Of a DNA stretch of 64,000 nucleotides, positions 62,101 to 64,000 are shown piece after piece (position 1 is the stretch's first letter; the number at the start of each line of letters is the position of its first letter). This DNA comes from an uncultured Acidobacteriota bacterium. GTDB lineage: Bacteria > Acidobacteriota > Thermoanaerobaculia > UBA5066. The notes under the pieces were generated by a model, which made no database searches, had not been told where the DNA came from, and was given only the letters and a program-made list of their open reading frames with translations. The position numbers and the translations under genes were made by a program. The DNA lies in contig CAVZYA010000001.1 of the NCBI GenBank assembly GCA_963779415.1, positions 32,001 to 96,000 on the forward strand. Reading direction: 5' to 3'.

Positions 62101-62758
62101 CCAGCCGTCCGTCGCGACGATGTCGTACGTCGAGTCTTTGAGTCTGGCGGGCGGCGCGGGCGGCGTTACGACCGAGAACCTCGGTCCCTACGAGCAGAAG
62201 ATCATTCCCGGCGCCATCGACTACCTGCGCGGCAAAGGCCTCTCGATCGGCGCTCAGGGCGCGGGCTCGTACGCCGGGGCGGTCCAGACCACGTACCACA
62301 CGCCCGGCGGCGCCTTCATCTACGGATTCGTCGGGGCGAGGACCTCCGCGCCCGCGATCGGGGGTGGCGAGTACGGCCTCTTCTATCGGGCGCTTCTGAT
62401 CGGCGAGAACGCCCCCACCGAGGCGTGGGTCTTCGGACTGCAGCAGAACGCGACGAACCGCTCGAACCTCGCCGTCGTGAACTACGGCAACGTCGGGCCG
62501 ATCACGTACCGCCTCGACGTCTACGACGGCGACACGGGAAAGCTGGTCAGAAGCTCACCGGTTCAGAACCTCCCGGCCGGCGGCTGGTTCCAGTTCTCGC
62601 CTGTCCTCACGGCCTACGGGGTCAGCAACGGCTACGTGAGGGTCGTCCGTCTCTCCGGGACGAGCTTGCTCATGGCTTACGGCGTCGTCAACGATGGCGC
62701 GACGCCGACGAGCGGCGGCACGAACGACGGGAGCTACGTGGCGTTCTCAAACCGGTAG
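59102..62758 (+). CDS. Secreted Asp-box (BNR/VPS10-like) beta-propeller protein with a PKD domain and C-terminal four-domain block
   Basis: About 13 repeats of LAxDP...YAGT..GxFKSTDGGxTW; PKD motif PVADFTW..WSWTFGDG; C-terminal GARFSSELTLANRG and RSNLALVN. Confidence 0.85.
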   Translation: MLFRLRCLRTRRFVRACSLAGLILIAGVARGDVDVWSSVGPNGGSVFALAIDPHAPATIYAGTGGGSLKFSGGNGGAVFKTTNGGASWQGAASSLPSDAFISLAIDPVASSTVYAGTKHSGVFKSTDGGATWTPPAANLAASRVYALVVDPGTPATLYAATDTGVFKSTDAAATWAAATAGVGQQLVYSLAIDPTAPSTLYAGTANNGIFKSVDGASTWTAASSGLTGTRVFAIVVDPKTPATLYAGTNGSGVFKSTDGAATWTAAAFKGTNFALAIDPVTPTTVYACANAVQVAKSLDGAATLNRVTGGFPNQAINAVVVDPVTPSTLYIGAANGVFKSTNGGVNAQTASTGLTAVRIFALAVDPAAPAIIYAGTDIGLFKSTDGGTSWTILTVDPNSARVLSLAILPGSSAILAGTDYQGWRSTDGGATWTPLTGVGVPYAWAVDPGSPATIYAAGGFGASGALQGGAWKSTDGGATWTGYGDANAPLPIFESIVVPAAGSTAAVGTDSGVYGIFIHGGGRYEWVTNNALAGKVVWALAVDPDSSSIFWAGTDNGLFRSTDGGVSWAPVTNGLPAATITALKFDPASPTTFYAATTAGLFRSTDDGATWTALNAGLTNLFVNAFAILPGPPETLFVGIFGGGVYRFPTPPPVADFTWVGIPVAGQPFGFTDLSSGNPASWSWTFGDGGVATTPYPQHTFAAAGSYPVSLTVTNAAGPNTKTKTITVTPAVAGSTVTKVVPIVLDVSGVGGARFSSELTLANRGTTTATLQITYVAATSLGTSGSGTVAEMLGPGRQIIISDAIGYLRSKGLAIPSGSNQGGALFLTFEGLSSDTVAFAGARTTAPSAGGRAGLAYPAVRLDDGFMTLVYLFGLRENAADRSNLALVNMNAAVPITLRVTLYAGADGRSTVLPNVILGPGQWTQIGHVLSSAGYTDGWATVELIDGPGPFYAYAVFNDNTTADGSFVPPTLDGDARSILPVLVETSTFQSELVLSNPFNQPSVATMSYVESLSLAGGAGGVTTENLGPYEQKIIPGAIDYLRGKGLSIGAQGAGSYAGAVQTTYHTPGGAFIYGFVGARTSAPAIGGGEYGLFYRALLIGENAPTEAWVFGLQQNATNRSNLAVVNYGNVGPITYRLDVYDGDTGKLVRSSPVQNLPAGGWFQFSPVLTAYGVSNGYVRVVRLSGTSLLMAYGVVNDGATPTSGGTNDGSYVAFSNR

Positions 62759-62785
62759 GAAAGCCGATCGTCTCCGTGAGCGGAG

Positions 62786-63187
62786 CTACCAGACGAGCCG
62801 TGCCCCGAAACAGAACTGGTAGGGCCGGCCGCGCTCGTCCAGCGCGCTGAAGGCTCCGCCAGCCCGGAACCGGTTGTCGTTCGGTTCGAGGGTGGGGTCC
62901 GGCCTGTAGGCCTTGAGGAAGATGTCGTTGATCTCGAAGGCCGGGAGCAACCGGAGCTCGTGCGAGGCGCCCGGGCCGCCGGGGCTGATCACGGAATCGG
63001 GGTCTCCCGGCTGCCGGATCGCGAGCCTCTCCGGCGGCCGCACGCTTGCGTCGAGGTGCTGCGGCGACGGCTCGAAGAAGCCTGGCAAGAGCTGGAAAGA
63101 GAAAAGGGCCTTCGCGTCGTGTGTCGGAGGCGGCGGAGCCTCCGCGGCGAGCGCCGGGAGCGCCAGAAGAGTGAGAACGAGGCCCAT
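62786..63187 (-). CDS. Hypothetical secreted protein
   Basis: Signal-like MGLVLTLLALPALAAE; ends QFCFGARLVW. Confidence 0.5.
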   Translation of the reverse strand: MGLVLTLLALPALAAEAPPPPTHDAKALFSFQLLPGFFEPSPQHLDASVRPPERLAIRQPGDPDSVISPGGPGASHELRLLPAFEINDIFLKAYRPDPTLEPNDNRFRAGGAFSALDERGRPYQFCFGARLVW

Positions 63188-63228
63188 CCGTCGCAAGGTC
63201 GCCTCCAGAGGGAACAGACAGACCGATT

Positions 63229-63999
<771 letters not shown>

Positions 64000-64000
64000 G

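Overview
High-GC bacterial window. From ~4.5 kb onward it looks like a Thermoanaerobaculia-type Acidobacteriota chromosome (inferred from the SLH protein, the Oar-type TonB receptor and a family of large secreted proteins). Single-base indels break many ordinary genes, probably uncorrected long-read errors. The first ~4.5 kb (DUF4157 protein, LuxR regulator, FGGY kinase, FMN riboswitch with ABC transporter) is much more degraded and joins abruptly to the tail of an integrative element. That tail holds an AAA helicase, iteron-like repeats, an excisionase and a tyrosine integrase, and ends at a tRNA-Sec 3' fragment. The same 26-bp fragment recurs 1.36 kb later, bracketing an SLH protein gene. 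The best candidate for an undescribed system is a six-gene module at 8.7-14.1 kb: a CstA-family transporter, an inverted single-TM protein with a CCDC47-like sequence pattern, two paralogous small proteins, and two cysteine-free Get3/ArsA ATPases, one with Asn at the catalytic switch-I Asp. Also notable: a secreted-protein gene flanked by a 72-bp duplication of the rnc/dsbD convergent ends; three large secreted proteins sharing a portable four-domain block, two with variable Cys-rich tips; an sxtJ/K/I-like carbamoyltransferase cassette; two GDHs around a PEP-utilising-domain protein; and a nuoB-CD-I fragment followed by a eukaryote-type tandem PFK, a GGDEF-EAL protein and a convergent PPi-PFK. 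tRNA-Cys, tRNA-Leu and tRNA-Phe are present. No CRISPR array was seen.
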